Shown in pieces: positions 13,164 through 28,100 of a DNA stretch of 64,000 bases. The notes under the pieces were generated by a model. That model did no database searches. It was not told where the DNA came from and was given only the letters and a program-made list of their open reading frames with translations. This DNA comes from Octopus sinensis (lineage: Eukaryota). Made by a program: the position numbers and the translations under genes. How positions within the stretch are numbered: position 1 is the stretch's first letter; each line of letters starts with the position of its first letter. The stretch covers positions 124,868,001 to 124,932,000 of the forward strand of contig NC_042999.1 of the NCBI RefSeq assembly GCF_006345805.1, given 5' to 3'.

Positions 13164-16100
13164 GAAAATGTGCATATGTGTGTAAGTGTGAATGTTTATG
13201 TTCTGCACTGAGCAATAGACAATGTTGTCGTTCATTGTCAGCAGATCGTCCACCAGCTATGCACTAAATGAACGCAACTGGAATTTTAAAATCCCTTGAA
13301 AAACAGGTGAGGGCCAGTGACAGGAAGGGCATCCAGCTTTAAAAACAATGCCTGGCTAATAAGTATTCATCCAATGCATGCTGGCATGAAAAATAAACAT
13401 AAATACAATGAAAAGGAGCTATATACCTGTATGGTATCCTGATAAGTAAACTCATGATTTTTAGTTCACTTTGTTTATCTTTATTGAAATAAGTAACAAA
13501 TACCCATTCTACAAATGCCCATAGAACAGAGGTTGACTCTGTGAGTAGCAGTAATCTGCTGTGAGTTCAATCATATCTCCGGGAAATGTTGCTATCATTG
13601 TTTAGCCTCTGGTCAGCTCTGATGAAGCAGACCTTTGATCACCAGCATTCTTGCTGTCCACCCTGTTATAATTTTGGACATAGTTTATCTAGTAACCTGA
13701 GACTACATATCTAGTGCATTTTTTTTTTTTAAAGATGGCAAGATGTTATAGGTGAGATCTGACTACTATTCCTGATTCACTTCAAGGAAATGTATGTATG
13801 GCACTTGAAAATAAGCCAAAACAAAATGTAAATAAAAGCACATACAATAGAGCTTGATAATTTGATTAATCTCTTTATGAAATTGGAAAAGAAAGGTTTC
13901 TTTTTAGGTCTAGGACAAAGCACTTCATTTATTCACGTATAAACAAGTTTTGCTTTCTGTGACTGTTGCAAGAAGATAATACTAGTTGATTAATTCAACA
14001 TAGTGAAAGCAATTTTTGCTTATATTTATTAACACTATTAATGACAAAGCTTGTAATGAAATGAGTTGCTTTTGATTTTTTAACAATGCTTTGTTAATGT
14101 AATTCAGCCTTCCTTAAGATTACAAGAATGGCTTAATAGGATTCTATTCAATTATTAATATGAGATTGTATCAGAAAGTTTCCAAATCTGGCCTAAAGGT
14201 AAATACACCAATACTCCAGTAAATAATGTATTTCATATATTATTTATATTTTGGATGTTGTCTCCTTTGAAATAATCCTCTCGAGAATGTGTACCACAAT
14301 CCCAGCATAGCTTCCACATCTCAAAGCATCACAAAATCCTTTTATTGAAAGCAATCTAATACTGCCTGCAATTCCATTTGAATTTCATCTGCTCCCTCAG
14401 TGTAGCTTCAGTTTCATTCTGGGGAAACATCGTGAAGTAACATGGCAATAGATCAGGCAGGTAGAGGGATAAAACTTTGCATCAGCATGATGCCTGTATC
14501 GGTTTTCTGTGGTTTTCTGTGAGAATTGCATAACAAACATCATAAATGATTCCAATCATGTGAGAGAACTGATAGATTGTTTGACAATGGTTCTTGTAGA
14601 TCATTCGTTTGTTTAATGCCTGTTTTTTCTATGTTAGCATGGGTTTGAAAGGAGTGTAATTTGAGAAAAGGTTTTTATGATCGAATGCTCTTCCTGTTGC
14701 CAACCCCTTAACTATTATTCAAGTAAGGGATTTCATTATTCCTCATGTTTTGATATTTTGCTACAGATTCTTCACTGTGAATTCTTATTGTCTTGAAGTG
14801 ACACTGCTCTTGAAACACAAATTGAACATTAATAGGTAGCATGAAGCCTTTTTGTCGACTGATTCAATAGGCTGATTGCTAATGCTCATCCAGGACAGAC
14901 AGTTAGGAAACTTTCTAGCCTCTCCTATATTAGAAAAATAAGGGTGGTTCAGGGAAGTCTGTAGTGCTGGCTAGATGTCTTGCAATATGTTATTACATAA
15001 TTTTATATTCTGGTTTCAAATCTTGGTTAGCCTTTTTTTTGTTTTTGTCTTTCCTTTAATCTGGAATTAATAAAATAATTACCAGTCAAATGCTGGAGTT
15101 CAATAACTTAATCCCAATCTGTTGTGAGAAATCAATGTACTAGAAAAGTACTTGTTTTTAAAGTTTATCTATTTATCATTTCATTTATTATGCAGTAGAG
15201 AACTACAGCATCAAATATAGCAATAACAAGGAATTAACCTAAATATACTCATTTTTCACATCTCGCATACATATTTCTCTCCAGTCATGCTGCTTTTGCA
15301 GTTTCCCATGCCTCTTTGTTGCCATTCAATTCCATTATTAGGAATTTGAATTGGGAGCTTGAGTTATAGCAAATCTTTCATTAGCTGATTACACAGCTAT
15401 GGACACCACCCCTATGGATGTGTTGCAGTTACTCTCTTAATAGACCTTGGTAATCCTGAATGTTAGATCTTCTAGGATTCCTCCACTCAGCAACAATATA
15501 AGAAGCACCATCGGCTCAGTTGAGCTCTTCCACTACCTCTTCACAATCCTCCATGCTGCAGTCCTATGACTTCACCGCATCCCTGGCAGGGTGGCTGAAT
15601 GGGTACTATACCTTGCCAAAGGGCAATCTATGCTGGGCATGATCATCACTTTGTGAGGTATTTTCAAAATACCTGCATATACTTAATATATTTTGGAAGT
15701 AAACCATTCTCTATATTTATGAAATCTAATTACAACTAAAACAAAGCATAGAACAGATTTGGGACTTGTTCTTATAAGTCAATCAGTGGAGAATAGACAG
15801 AATCCATAGTCTTTACTTTGTCTGGTGAGGCTCATGTAGCAAATACTAAGCTTCACATATTGACTTAGCTCTTCATCCTTTAAGAGAGGCTCAATAAAAC
15901 AAGTACCACCTGGTGCATGGATTATCAGAGTTCACTCTTTTAAAAGCATTTATGAAGAGCTGCTGAAAAGTTCCTGGCTTTGAGTAAAAGAAAATACAGG
16001 TGGATCAGTTATTTTATTCAACATATTCCCCCTCACAGATTCACACACTTATTGCAGTGGTCCTTCAGTTTTGTCTAAGCTCTGTAAAAGAATTCAGAAG

Positions 16101-19100
16101 GTTAGGCCTCTAACCAGGCCTTTCACAACACTCTTAAAGCCAGAAACTTTTCTGCACAACTCTTGCAGATCAGATCCCCAGCCTTCTTCTTACCTGTGGA
16201 CATGGGCCTGCATATTCTTTTACTGGCTTTAGTCATTATAACGTGACTGTGATGCTGGGGATGTAGTCTAATTACTTCCATTAGAGTGAACTCTGGTAAA
16301 AACACCTGTAGACCAGGTAGTGTTATTAAAATAAGCAGTACATTAGGTTTGTGATTGTAACTTGTTTGAAGTATTGCAATGTACATACATTTTATAAATA
16401 TTTGAAAACAAAAAAAAAAATTGAGTAATGCAGGTGAGGAGTTTGGTAAAATATTTAAGATGACGTCAGTGTGTGTGTGTGTGTGTGAATAAAATAAGTA
16501 CCAGTAACTGACTGATGCTTATTTTATTGACTCTCTCTGGAAGGACAAATGGGTAAGTTAGTATGTGAAGCTTGTTTGTTATATCAATCTCACCAGTCAT
16601 GGTGAGTAAAGATTTGTCAACCATTGTGAAACCTGCAAAGCAATTCTAACACAACATCACAAAGCTTTTTAAGATAATTATCACTATTAAGTGCATAATA
16701 ATTATCACTATTAAGTACATAATAGTTGTTACTATTAAGTGACAATTCTTTGATAGTTTAAAAAAAAAAACATAGCCATCATCTATGAAGATGACCTGGT
16801 AGTATGGACCATGATTTCACTGTGTTTTAATTATCTAATTTTAACTTAATTATCTAACAGACATAGACACTCTCTCAGGCCTTTGCCCCACACTTCACTC
16901 TACAGAACATTCCAGTTGCGACAAGTAGGGGGAAAGAGGGCTGCACTAGCACTCAGTCAGTACTCATTTTGGGCTGTGTAGACTGGAGCGATGTACAATG
17001 AAGTGCTTTGCTCAAAGACATACTGTACTGTCTAGTCCAAGAAAGGAACCTATGATCTTATGATTATGAGCCCAACCACTAACCACTATATGCCTTTACA
17101 TAATTTTCCTTAAATCAAGGAAGCTAAAGCAACGTAAATCCTAAGTTAATATTTAGGTGAATAACCTCATTGAAGGTGCATGTGTCAGCAGTTAGAGCAT
17201 CAGGCTCACAATCATGAGGTAATGAGTTCAATTCCTGGACTGGGTTGTATGTTGTGTTCTTGAGCAAGACACTTTATTTCACATTGTTCCAGTTCACTCA
17301 GCTGTAGAAATGAGATCTGATGTCACTGGTGCCAAGCTATATCAACCTTTGCCTTTCCCTTGGATAACATCAGTGGCATGGACAGAGGAGGCTGGTATGC
17401 ATTGGCAGCTGCTGATCTTCCATAAACAACCTTGACCAGACTTGTGCCTCAGAGGGGAACTTTCTAGGTGCAATCTCATGGTCATTCATGACCAAAGGGG
17501 GTTTCTACCCTTTAACCATGTCTCAATACAAGTACTTCTTCCAAACAACTAAGTGCAAAGCACTTTGTTAGGTGTTTGCACAAAATAATTTTTTTAAAAG
17601 TTCCATAGGAAGTATTAAAATCAAGCCAACTGTACTTGTTGCTTAAGAAGATTATGGTCAAAAGGATTCCAACTATGACCAACTTTTTCTCCAAGATATG
17701 CTGCAGCCAAGCAACATTATTTCAAAGAGTCCTTTTTCTAAGATGGTTGTGTAATTTTGAGTGAGAATTTGGTTACTGTATTTAGAATGAGCAATCCTAT
17801 GGAATTGGGATAGTAGTGGTGTTTTCTTTTTCTTTGTTTTTTCCCATAGGTACCAGTACTTTGTGAGTCAACAGTATATGGTTTGGGTAAATAACTTAAA
17901 CTTATTAACATTAACCCTTTAGCATTTAAACCAACCATACCTGGCCAAAATATTCTGCCTGTTTTATCTTCAGATCAACCAGATCTGGCCTCTCTCACCT
18001 ACCCTACAATGCCATTCTAAAAATAAAGTCACATCATCGAAATCTCAAAGCTATGGTCAATTCAAAACAATGTGAATAAATAAGCATTACATTTTATAAA
18101 GCAATTGGAATGCTAAACAGACAATGAATTAATGACTATTCCCATCATGTGTAAAGGTTGAATGCTTAAAACAACTACTACTTTTCACCACATACTGCAG
18201 TCTCATATTGCTGATATTCACTTTGCCAGGCTCCTCCCCATCCAGTTTTTGATGTCATCATTCCATCATCGTCTTTGTCACCTATGAGCCCATTTTTCAT
18301 CTACTCAACTTCTAATCATGTAAACACAGGAATTCTGTACCTTGATTAACAGTCAGAATATGAAACATAGCTAAAAACTATAATTAGAACTTTTTATTTT
18401 AGAATGTCATCTTTTATTCTTTTGTCTTCAACATTATCTGCTATTTTTCTTAAGTGTTTATGTATTTTTATTGTTTTATATCAGCCGAGATAAACCTGTA
18501 TATCAAAGTCGTTGGTGGCTAGTGGAGGCTATCTTGATAATCCTCAGCCTGATCTTCAATGGCTATTTAGTATGCTGGAATCAAACTTTAGTGTTAAGAG
18601 AGCCCATCCGGCTTGCTCAAGAAGCACTGTTCAAGATACGAGGTAAGCAGCTATCCCTATTTATCATTTCTGCAATAATCTTATGCTTTTCATTTCTTTA
18701 GTTGTAAGATTTACTATTTTATTTCTTCTGCAGTAAAACTAGTAAGTAATAATTGTAATAAAAATAATCCTTTCTACTATAGGCACAAGGCCTGAAATTT
18801 TGGGGGAGGGGACTAGTCGATTACTTTGACCCCAGTGTTTCACTGGTACCTATTTCATCGACCTCAATGTTCACTGGTGCTTAATTCATTGCTACTAAAA
18901 AAAAATCTTTTTATTTTTTATCATAAAGCCTAGAAAGTAGCAGACTGGCTGAATTGGTAGAGTGTCAGAAAAATTGCCTTGCAGTATTTGTTCCAACACT
19001 TTACGTTTTCAATTCAAATTCTACCAAGGTCAACTTTACCATTCATCTTTCTGCAAATAAAATACAATTAGTAGGGCTGATTTAATCACCTTCCTTCTCA

Positions 19101-22100
19101 ATTTTCTGGCCTTTCACCTGGTAGAAACAATTCCAAGACCAAAATTGTTTATCCCAGGTGAAATCTATGATCAAAGGCATCCCAGCTATGACCATCATAT
19201 CTTTTCACCAGGTGTGGTTTACCCAGGTCAACACTATCCTATGTGTCCTTTTCTAGAATGATTGTGTGATTTGAGGGAAGTTTGATCCATATTTCAAGCC
19301 TAGATTAGTCCTTTGTTAACATTTTCATAGTGGTAATGATTGGTTCTGTGAAATCAAAATAAAAATCTGTGATAATATAAAAAATAGAAGATAAGAGAGT
19401 ATTGTGTATATTGTTTATATTTGTCAGACTGGTGTCCTCATCTTCATTGTTACTTTCACTACATTTCAGCTGTTGTATATTCTAGCTTTCTTCAAGTGTC
19501 TTGTATTGAACTCAGTTGTCTTATCAGTTTCAAACGTAATGGCGTCTTTTTTTTTTTTATGTTGCTTCAGTTGAATTAAGTGAATTACCTTAGTGTCTTG
19601 CCTGGGATTGAACTCAGACCCTCTAGGCAACTGCACTGCATTTACCAATGTCTTAATCTACTACAAATATAGCTAAGTAGATAACTCACTTAATTCAACT
19701 GAAAAAAAAAAAAAAAATGTCATGAAATGCAGAGAGTGGAATGAGAACAGTGTAACCCGGTGGATCAAAGAAAGGGTTAGATTTGAAATTCTGATACAAC
19801 AACCAATTACAACACAAGACACCTGAAAAAAGCTGGAGAGTACAACAGCCAAAACATAATGAAAATGACAATCAAGATGAGGACACCAACCCAGCTAAAA
19901 TAAGCAGTTTACATAAAATAAATTTTTCATCTCAGAAATATAGACTTGTATGAGAATGTTTTGATGTAAAATTGTGTTATAATTTCTGTTGTGACTTCAA
20001 TTCTCTTTTTTAGAAAATTTAGTGGATGGAATATGGGATTCTCAAGATTATTTACACAAGAACAATCCCCAGTCTCCCTGCATATCCACACAGTGGACAT
20101 ACCGGGATGGTGTATTAGTAGATTTACCCATCATCCTGATGGTCAAAGGTGATGTTATTCTTTTAAGACCTGGTCATACTGTTCCAGTGCAGTGCCAAGA
20201 GCTGAAGGTAAAACAAAGAAATTTTTCTCATTAGCTTCTAATTTATTTATTTTCTGTGTTAGATATATTTTCACTTTTATTGAGTTGTTCTTTTAACACT
20301 TTTAGCATTCAAACTAACCATGTCTGACCTAAATATTCTATCTCCTTTATGTTCAAATGAGTCAGATCCAGCCTCTCTCAACTATCCTACAATATCATTC
20401 CTAAAGAGTCACATGACAGATATCTCACAGCTATGAGATAATGCATGACTAATTCATGACTAATTCAAAACTATGTGAATAAATAAATATTATATTTGAC
20501 AATAATTTGAATACTAGAGGATTTATGTATTTTATATTCTTGTTCTTTATATTGTTGTTGTTAAGCACCAGGTCAGAGCTTGATTGAACAGACTCTTATG
20601 ATCAAAGCCATTCCAGCATTGATCATTCTTTCTTCTAACCCCTCCAGATGTAGTATGTAGGACTGAGGACTACATTATCCAATGTATCTGTCACTTTTCT
20701 TTTTAAAGTTGGGTAGGATTTGAAGTAAGTTTGGCTGCTGTTTCTATAAAGTTGAGCAGCAATGTAACTGTTTCCTTGTTAGTTAGGCTTGATCTTTACT
20801 TGTTATAGAGGTTTTGAATAAATTTCAAAGATTTATCATATTTCACTTTTAAGCCGTACACACACACACACACACATATATATTCATCTAAACAAACTTA
20901 TCAACAAATGTCTAGACAGCGAGATATTTAATTTAGTTTATGAAACAGGATACAAAATGGTACATTAAAAGCAAACAAAATGTCAAGATTATACATTTTC
21001 TCATCAGCAAAGATTTAGTAGCTTTTGTACTGAATATTTAGTAACTAGTAATAAATGTGGCGATGGGGGTAAAAAACAACATATCAGTCAATGACTAATG
21101 ATATTTTTTGTTATTTTAGCAAAGATGGAAGACAACTTTAGACATGTTTCAGTTTTATTAGGCCTTTTCCTTAAAACATGGACTTCGTTGTATTTATTTG
21201 TGATGATATAATTGCAAGTAAATGTATACTTGTTGGTATAGAATTACAGATGACATTTACCTTTTAATTAGATTTTTACCACTGTTAGTTTCATGGGATA
21301 CAAAAGCATGAAATAGATATAACTTTCAAAGTAAGGGATTGTACTATTAAAGTATTTTCCATTTAAATAGTAGGACTAATTGCTGGTATCTTGTTTCAGT
21401 TTTAATGTTGGCAAGATGGAAATAAATTAATAGAAATGAAATGAGACTTGGATATCTCAAAGAAATTTTTTAAATAAATATATATATATAAATTGGATCA
21501 TCCCATAAATAATGCGGTTTTTTTAATACTTCTTTTATTTTTCAAAATTAAGCTAAACAAAAATCTTTTTTACTCTAAAATATACTCTCCTTCATTTTCT
21601 ACAATGCTCTTTCATCTATCTGGTAGACTGGCAAGGTTCCTTTTCCAAAATTCATTTGTCCATGACGAAAGATACTCCTCCAGTACTATTCTGACCTTGT
21701 CTACAGAATTCATATTTTTTCCATCCAAATGATTTTGAAGACTGCAGAATAAATGATAATCAGATGAGGCAATGTCCGCCGAATATGGTGGGAGGGGCAT
21801 CATTTCCCATTCAAACTACTCCAGTATTTAGAATGTCATCCTCGCTGTATGTGGCCAAGCATTATCCTGATGGAAGAACACCTTTCATCTTGAAACCAAA
21901 GGCAGTTGTTTTTCTTCTAGTGTTGACTTAAGCTGCTCACAGTAGATCTCCTTTATCATTTGATTTGGGTTTAAAAGTTCAAAGTGGGCTAAACCTTTCA
22001 TATCCCACCAAACAGATAACTACACCTTACATGGGTGAAGACCTTCTTTAACCTGGTGTGCCAGTGTTTCTTCTTTGCCTACTCAGTCTTTGGTGCTTGT

Positions 22101-25100
22101 CATTTATAGAGAACCCATTTCTCATCACCTGTCACTATTCAGTCTACAAAAGGACTGAATAATGAGACGTGACAACAAAGAAGAGCACACATTCACTCCT
22201 TGTATGCGATTAGATTTGGAAAGTTTGTGAGGAACCCACTGACTGAAGTTGCTGACTTTTCCAATGGCACACAGGTGTCAATGAATAGTTGAATGATTCT
22301 ATGCTGTAGTTTCTGGCTCAAAATTTTTGGAACCGCCATTGACACTGGCTTATGCTTATTGTCTGATCCCCATATCTTGCATTAATATGCCAAATATGCT
22401 CCTTTGTCACTTCTATTATAGCTTTGAAAAAATAACTGTTAAAATCAAACTGCATTCTTCAAAACTTGCACTAATAATAAGGACACGGTAAAATTACCAC
22501 CTGCTTATATAGCAAGTTGATGCAGGTAGTTTTTCATAACTGTATACTTGTATATAACAAAATATGTATGACTGCAATCATAAAGTTAAAAGTAATTTAA
22601 CCTTTTGCCTGTTCAAAGCATTTTTATAAAGTTGTCCTAAATGTCCATGCTTGAATTTAGACTTTTAGTTAAACTTTTGTTTCATATGTTCTTAGAAATA
22701 TAAAGCTAAGTCCAAAAGTTACTCTGATGGTTGAAAAAAAATGGGAAATGTGCATCATATATAATGCATGGATACCAGGGAATTGTATGTTTCACAAGAC
22801 AGGCAAAAGGTTAACTATTAAACCAGTAGATTACATTTTTATGTACCTAGTAACTAATGAAAGAATTTTGTACTTTTTTATTGTTAGATTGATGATAGTG
22901 GTGAAGAAGGCGCAATTCTTTTTGAAGGAGATTGTTATACACCTGATCAAGCAGCTCCTGTGGAGCAGTATGGCTTACCTCAGGGCCGTGTACCACTGGA
23001 ACCCCAAAAATTCACAGTTCTAAAAACACCCTTTGTTGAAAACTTCAGGTAATATTCATCTTCCTTTTTTCGGATTTGTTTTCTATCCATCGTTGTCTTA
23101 ACACCTCATTTTTTAATGTTGGATGGGTTTGCAAAACAACAAATCTCCAGTTGATCTGATCTTGCATCATTTTAGTGTTTTCAGATCTGTCCTCTCCATT
23201 GTCAAATATGGTCCAAAAATATATATTTCTCTCCAGCATATTTGATCTTCTGCGCTCATTTTTGTGTTTCACTACCATAGTATTACACTCCTTACGTATG
23301 CCTCATATTAGCAGAAGTAAGTGCTCCTTGATTACTGCCTGTCCTTAGCTACTATATTTTAACTACATTTGATCTAGAAAGATTTGGTTTTTTGATGTGT
23401 AGCCTCTGGTCAGTCCTGATTGAACTGTCTTATGCTCAAAGTCTGTGATCATCTCATATATGTTTATAACATAATGTATCAGAACTACATTATCTTTGAT
23501 TCACACCTATTATTTCTTTAATATAAATGGGAAAAATAAAGACAATTGATATCCTTTTGTAAATATTTGAGTTAGAAAATTTTAAAATAAAAAATAGCTT
23601 TATTGAAATAATTGAAGTAAATTCTAGGTCTTTAATTTGATTTCTAATGTGAAAATGGAACCAATGTCATTTTGACTCAAAAAGTAAAAATGATTTCATC
23701 TGGGAAGATGAAAATTGAAGTCGGTGCTTGAATAATGGTTGACTTCTTTGTATAATATTTTGTTGGAACCAACCCTGAATGACACAATGTAGTAAAAGTT
23801 AAAGTTAAAATATTTGGACAGCAGAGTATATATTTTAGTCACAATTTACTGGAGTTGATGTTTCAATGAATTATGCTGAATGTATAACATGTAAAAGATT
23901 ACAGATGAATTCAATCTTATTGGTGAAATTGTAATAAGATTACATTTGAAGACTTATTAGTTTTCTGTAATGAAGTTAGCCAAACTTGATTTAATGTTGA
24001 GACTACTAAAAAAAATGAATTTTTTTTTATATTGACTTTTTTCATCATTTATGCTATAACATATATTATATAAAAAAAACAACAACAAAAGGCAAGCTGG
24101 CAGAATCATTAGTGTTCTAGATGAGATACTTTGTTGCATTTCTTCTGGTTCTTTATATTCTGAGTTCAAATACAGTTCTTTTATTCTAATTATTCTGCTG
24201 ACAGAATCTTGTTAGACAAAACAAGAAGACATCCTGCTAGCATCATTGATTCCATGCGGTACCGAATATACAATGTTATCTTGGAAAGGACTGTCCTTCC
24301 TGTGCTTCTGGTAAAGTTTACTTTTTATTGTTTCGCTTGATTTATTGTACTGCAGCATCATTATACAACATTTAAAATTCCTCAAATGCACTAAATATAT
24401 TTTATTTTATTATTTTAACCCTTTAGCATTCAGTTTTTCCATCAAATATAATACTTATTTGCATTGTTTTGAATTGGTCATGCATTATCTTGTAGCAGTG
24501 AGGTTTCAGTGATGTGATTATCTATTTTTAGAGTGACATTGTAGGATAGCTGTGAGAGGACAGATCTGACCAGTTTGAATAAAACATGTAGAATATTTAG
24601 GCTGGATATAGCTAGTGAAGTGCTAAAGGGTTAAAACTTATATTGACAATACTTCATGCTGTTTAAAGAATTGCAGTGTGCATTTTTTATATAGAGATAC
24701 TTTTGGAGAGATTTACAGTACCTCAAAGTATCTCATAGCCATACAATCAGAATTTCTTGACTAAGATACTGGACTTGTTGAAATCATCAAATATTTATTT
24801 ACGTAACTAATAAATAATTTTTATTTTTTAAATGTTCTATCAAAGAGTCCATAATTCTCAACTCTAGTCTCTTCTTTGATAGTTTTCTAAAAGTTTTAAA
24901 AACAAAAATGTGTTCTGCTTGGTTAATGTTTAGCAAAGTTTGGAAGCAAAGGTTAAATTTCAGGAAAACTAAATTTAAATCACTATTTACTGAAGCTGAT
25001 AAGTTTCAGTAAATGATACTGAATATTGATTTCTAAGAGACTACAGGTGGATACAATTTTATAGCTGGAATTCTAATGAAAAGATTTCATTTGATGTTTT

Positions 25101-28100
25101 ATTTGGTATATCATTTCTGACATTCTGAATTTGTTTTACGTTTAGTTTCTATTTCTTTGATAATTCCTACCCACCCAACTATATCTCTCCTCTTTTCTAC
25201 CTTTCCTTATGTGGTAATTTTTTCTGATTTCAGTTTGGAGTTCTCATTGCCAATGTGTTTCGATACATCTACATCAAAGGATTTATGGGACACTGGACAG
25301 AGATGTTCTTAGTTTTGCCTGTAAGTTATATCAAAATACTGTTTTTTTTTTTTTAAAAATAAATGTTGTAACAATGTAGCTCAAAGCAAATACAGATGTA
25401 AATAGTAGCTTGTAATATGTTGGGTTTAAAAGGCTTTGGCTGGGAGAGACCAAAGGTTACTTTGAAGCAGTTGGTTAGTATGTTTGTCATGGTTACAAAC
25501 AATGCATGGTTCAAGTCCTGTGGGTAGCCTTTGGATTTTTTATTCTGTCCAAGAGGTTTTTAGCCTAATGTATTTCAAATTCAAGTTTTAGCACAAGGCT
25601 TGCAATTTCGGGGGAGGGGCTAAGTCGATTACTGTAACTCCAGTACTGAACTGGTACTTATTTTATGAAATCTGAAAAGGTGAAAGGCAAAGTCAGCCTA
25701 AACAGAATTTTAACTTCATGATATTTCATCAATTTTCACATTCTAAGCTTTTCACCAGGTGAGCTAATGATTCTGTCAGCTTGCTGCCATTTTTTTTTAA
25801 CCTAATATATTACAAGCTATTATTCATAGCCACTTAGATTTACACTGTTTACTCTTAACATCTTATACAAGTGCCTACAGTTGTTATCAAATCCTAAATC
25901 ATGTGAAACTGTTATTCAAATAGTATCATTGATTTTTTTTAGTCAACAAGAACTATACACTCTCCTGTACAAGAAACAATGTTTCTTTCTTTGATTTGTG
26001 AACATAGTGATGGTTAACACCTCAAGCAGTGAGTTGGAATTCAATGATATTATTGTAGATAAATTCATGTCAGATAAATTCATTTGTTTTTTGCCCCTCC
26101 CCCATCCAGTTATTTTTATACTCTTATTCTTTTATTTGTTTCAGTCATTTGACTCTGGCCATGCTGGAGCACCACCTTTAGTCGAACAAATTGACCTCAG
26201 AACTTATTCTTTGTAAGCCTAGTACTTATTCTATCGGTCTCTTTTACTGAACCACTAAGTTACGGGGGATGTAAACACACCACCATCAGTTGTCAAGTGA
26301 CTGTGGTGGGGGACAAATACAAGCACACAAATACACACATACAATGGGCTTTTTCAGTTTCCCTCTACCAAATCCACTCACAAGGCTTTGGTCGGCCTGA
26401 AGCTTGCCCACGGTGCCACACAGTGGGACTGAATCCAGAGCCATGTGGCTGGGAAGCAAGCTTCCTAACACACAGCCACTCTTGCACCTATAATCCTTAT
26501 GTTTCATCAATAATTTTAACATATCAGTCAATAATATATTTGTCTCCATTGTTCACTACTTTTACCTACATTCCAGTAACATGTCAATGACTTGACAGCG
26601 GAAATCACACAAAGAATTCATCAAGCCATGTTTTCAGCTTCATATTGTTGAATGAAGCACCTCACAGACTATTGGGGAGCAACCAATAAAGGCGATAATT
26701 GGAAGGCACTATATCAGAATATGTTAGGGGTGACAGGACTTATTCAAGCTTTTAATAACATTTTTGCTCTAATTAGCAATGTGAGAGCAAATGTTGTCAT
26801 TCTGAAGAGACATGCTGTGCCACAGGTTGAGTTGTTTCAGCTGGATAGTTTTAGTGAGCCATGTGGTTGTTTTTCATCCCACCAAACACAGACTTGCATG
26901 GATGCAGCCCTGGCTTGGTTCGAAGTGTTGCTTGCTTAGCAGGACTCAAATATTCTTCTCTTTGCTTCATACTAATGCAAAGACACTTTTTCATTGCTGG
27001 TGACATTGCAGTAAAGAAATTAGTGTCAAGTGAGCAAGCTAGTGTTGATGAGGAGCTCTAGAGTTTGTCTCTTTGTTCAGGGTGTATGGCACCCATGCAC
27101 CAAGTTTTTTGGACCTTACCCACCAAGTGAAGGTGACAGGCAATAGTATTATGAGAGCATCCCATCTGCTGAGCCCTAGTGGATTGGTGCAGATCCTCAT
27201 AGATGAGCTCTTTAAATCAATTCTCATTGAACTGAATAGGTTGGCCAGAACATAGACAGTCTGTAAGATCAAATTTCCCTTCCATTTCTGTGCAGTTCTT
27301 TCAGTAATAATTCTTTCTCTCTACACAGCACAAATGTCTTGTGCAGCTTTGGCAGCCTTGATTAAAAGCAAAGAGTAGCAGGTGTTTAAAATGCTCATTT
27401 TTTTTTTCTACTTGGCACTACATTGTCGTACATCTGAAAAGAGATAGATTTTATTCAAATTTCAAAAATGATAAGCAAAAGTTGTAGAGCAAGAATAGTG
27501 CTACAAACAATCCTTTATACTATGGTGAAAATACTTTTTGTGTTAATTGAAATAAGATTAGAAAGAAACAGATGAGTTTATATAACAACCCAATATTTAT
27601 TACTTATTTATTACTGATTAGAGAAAGAGAGCTTGAACTTGGATGAAATAACTAATGATATTTCAGTGTCATCTATAAACACCTAAGTCATATTAATAAC
27701 ATTTTCATGTTTTCTCATATTTCTTTTCCCAGGTACACACTGTGCTTCCATTAGTTCCCATGGTATTTCCATTATTTTGGAAACTAATTAACTTTTATGG
27801 GCAAGCAAGGTTGTTTGTTGCTTATGAAGTCTCCAAAGAAATTAAGGTGAGTGAAAAGACCTTTTATTTTACATTGCTTCAGTTCACTTAGCTGGCAAAA
27901 ATGAGTTGTACCTGTATTTCAAAGGGCCAGTTTTGTCACGTTCTGTGTGACGCTGAATCTTCCTGAGAACTACTTTAAGGATATGCATGTCTGTGAAGTG
28001 CTCAGCTACCCGCACATAAATTTCATGAGTAGGTTGTTCCATTGATCAAATGAACTGGAACCCTCATTATCATGACCAGTAGAGTCCCAGTCAGTCATTT

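Noticed and set aside
15250-15660. GC-richer block, possibly a LINE fragment or nested exon
   Set aside because: No open frame, recognisable motif or supporting splice sites.
3061-18484. Nested gene in the 15.4-kb first coding intron
   Set aside because: All ORFs here map to repeats or microsatellites; no consistent exon chain on either strand.
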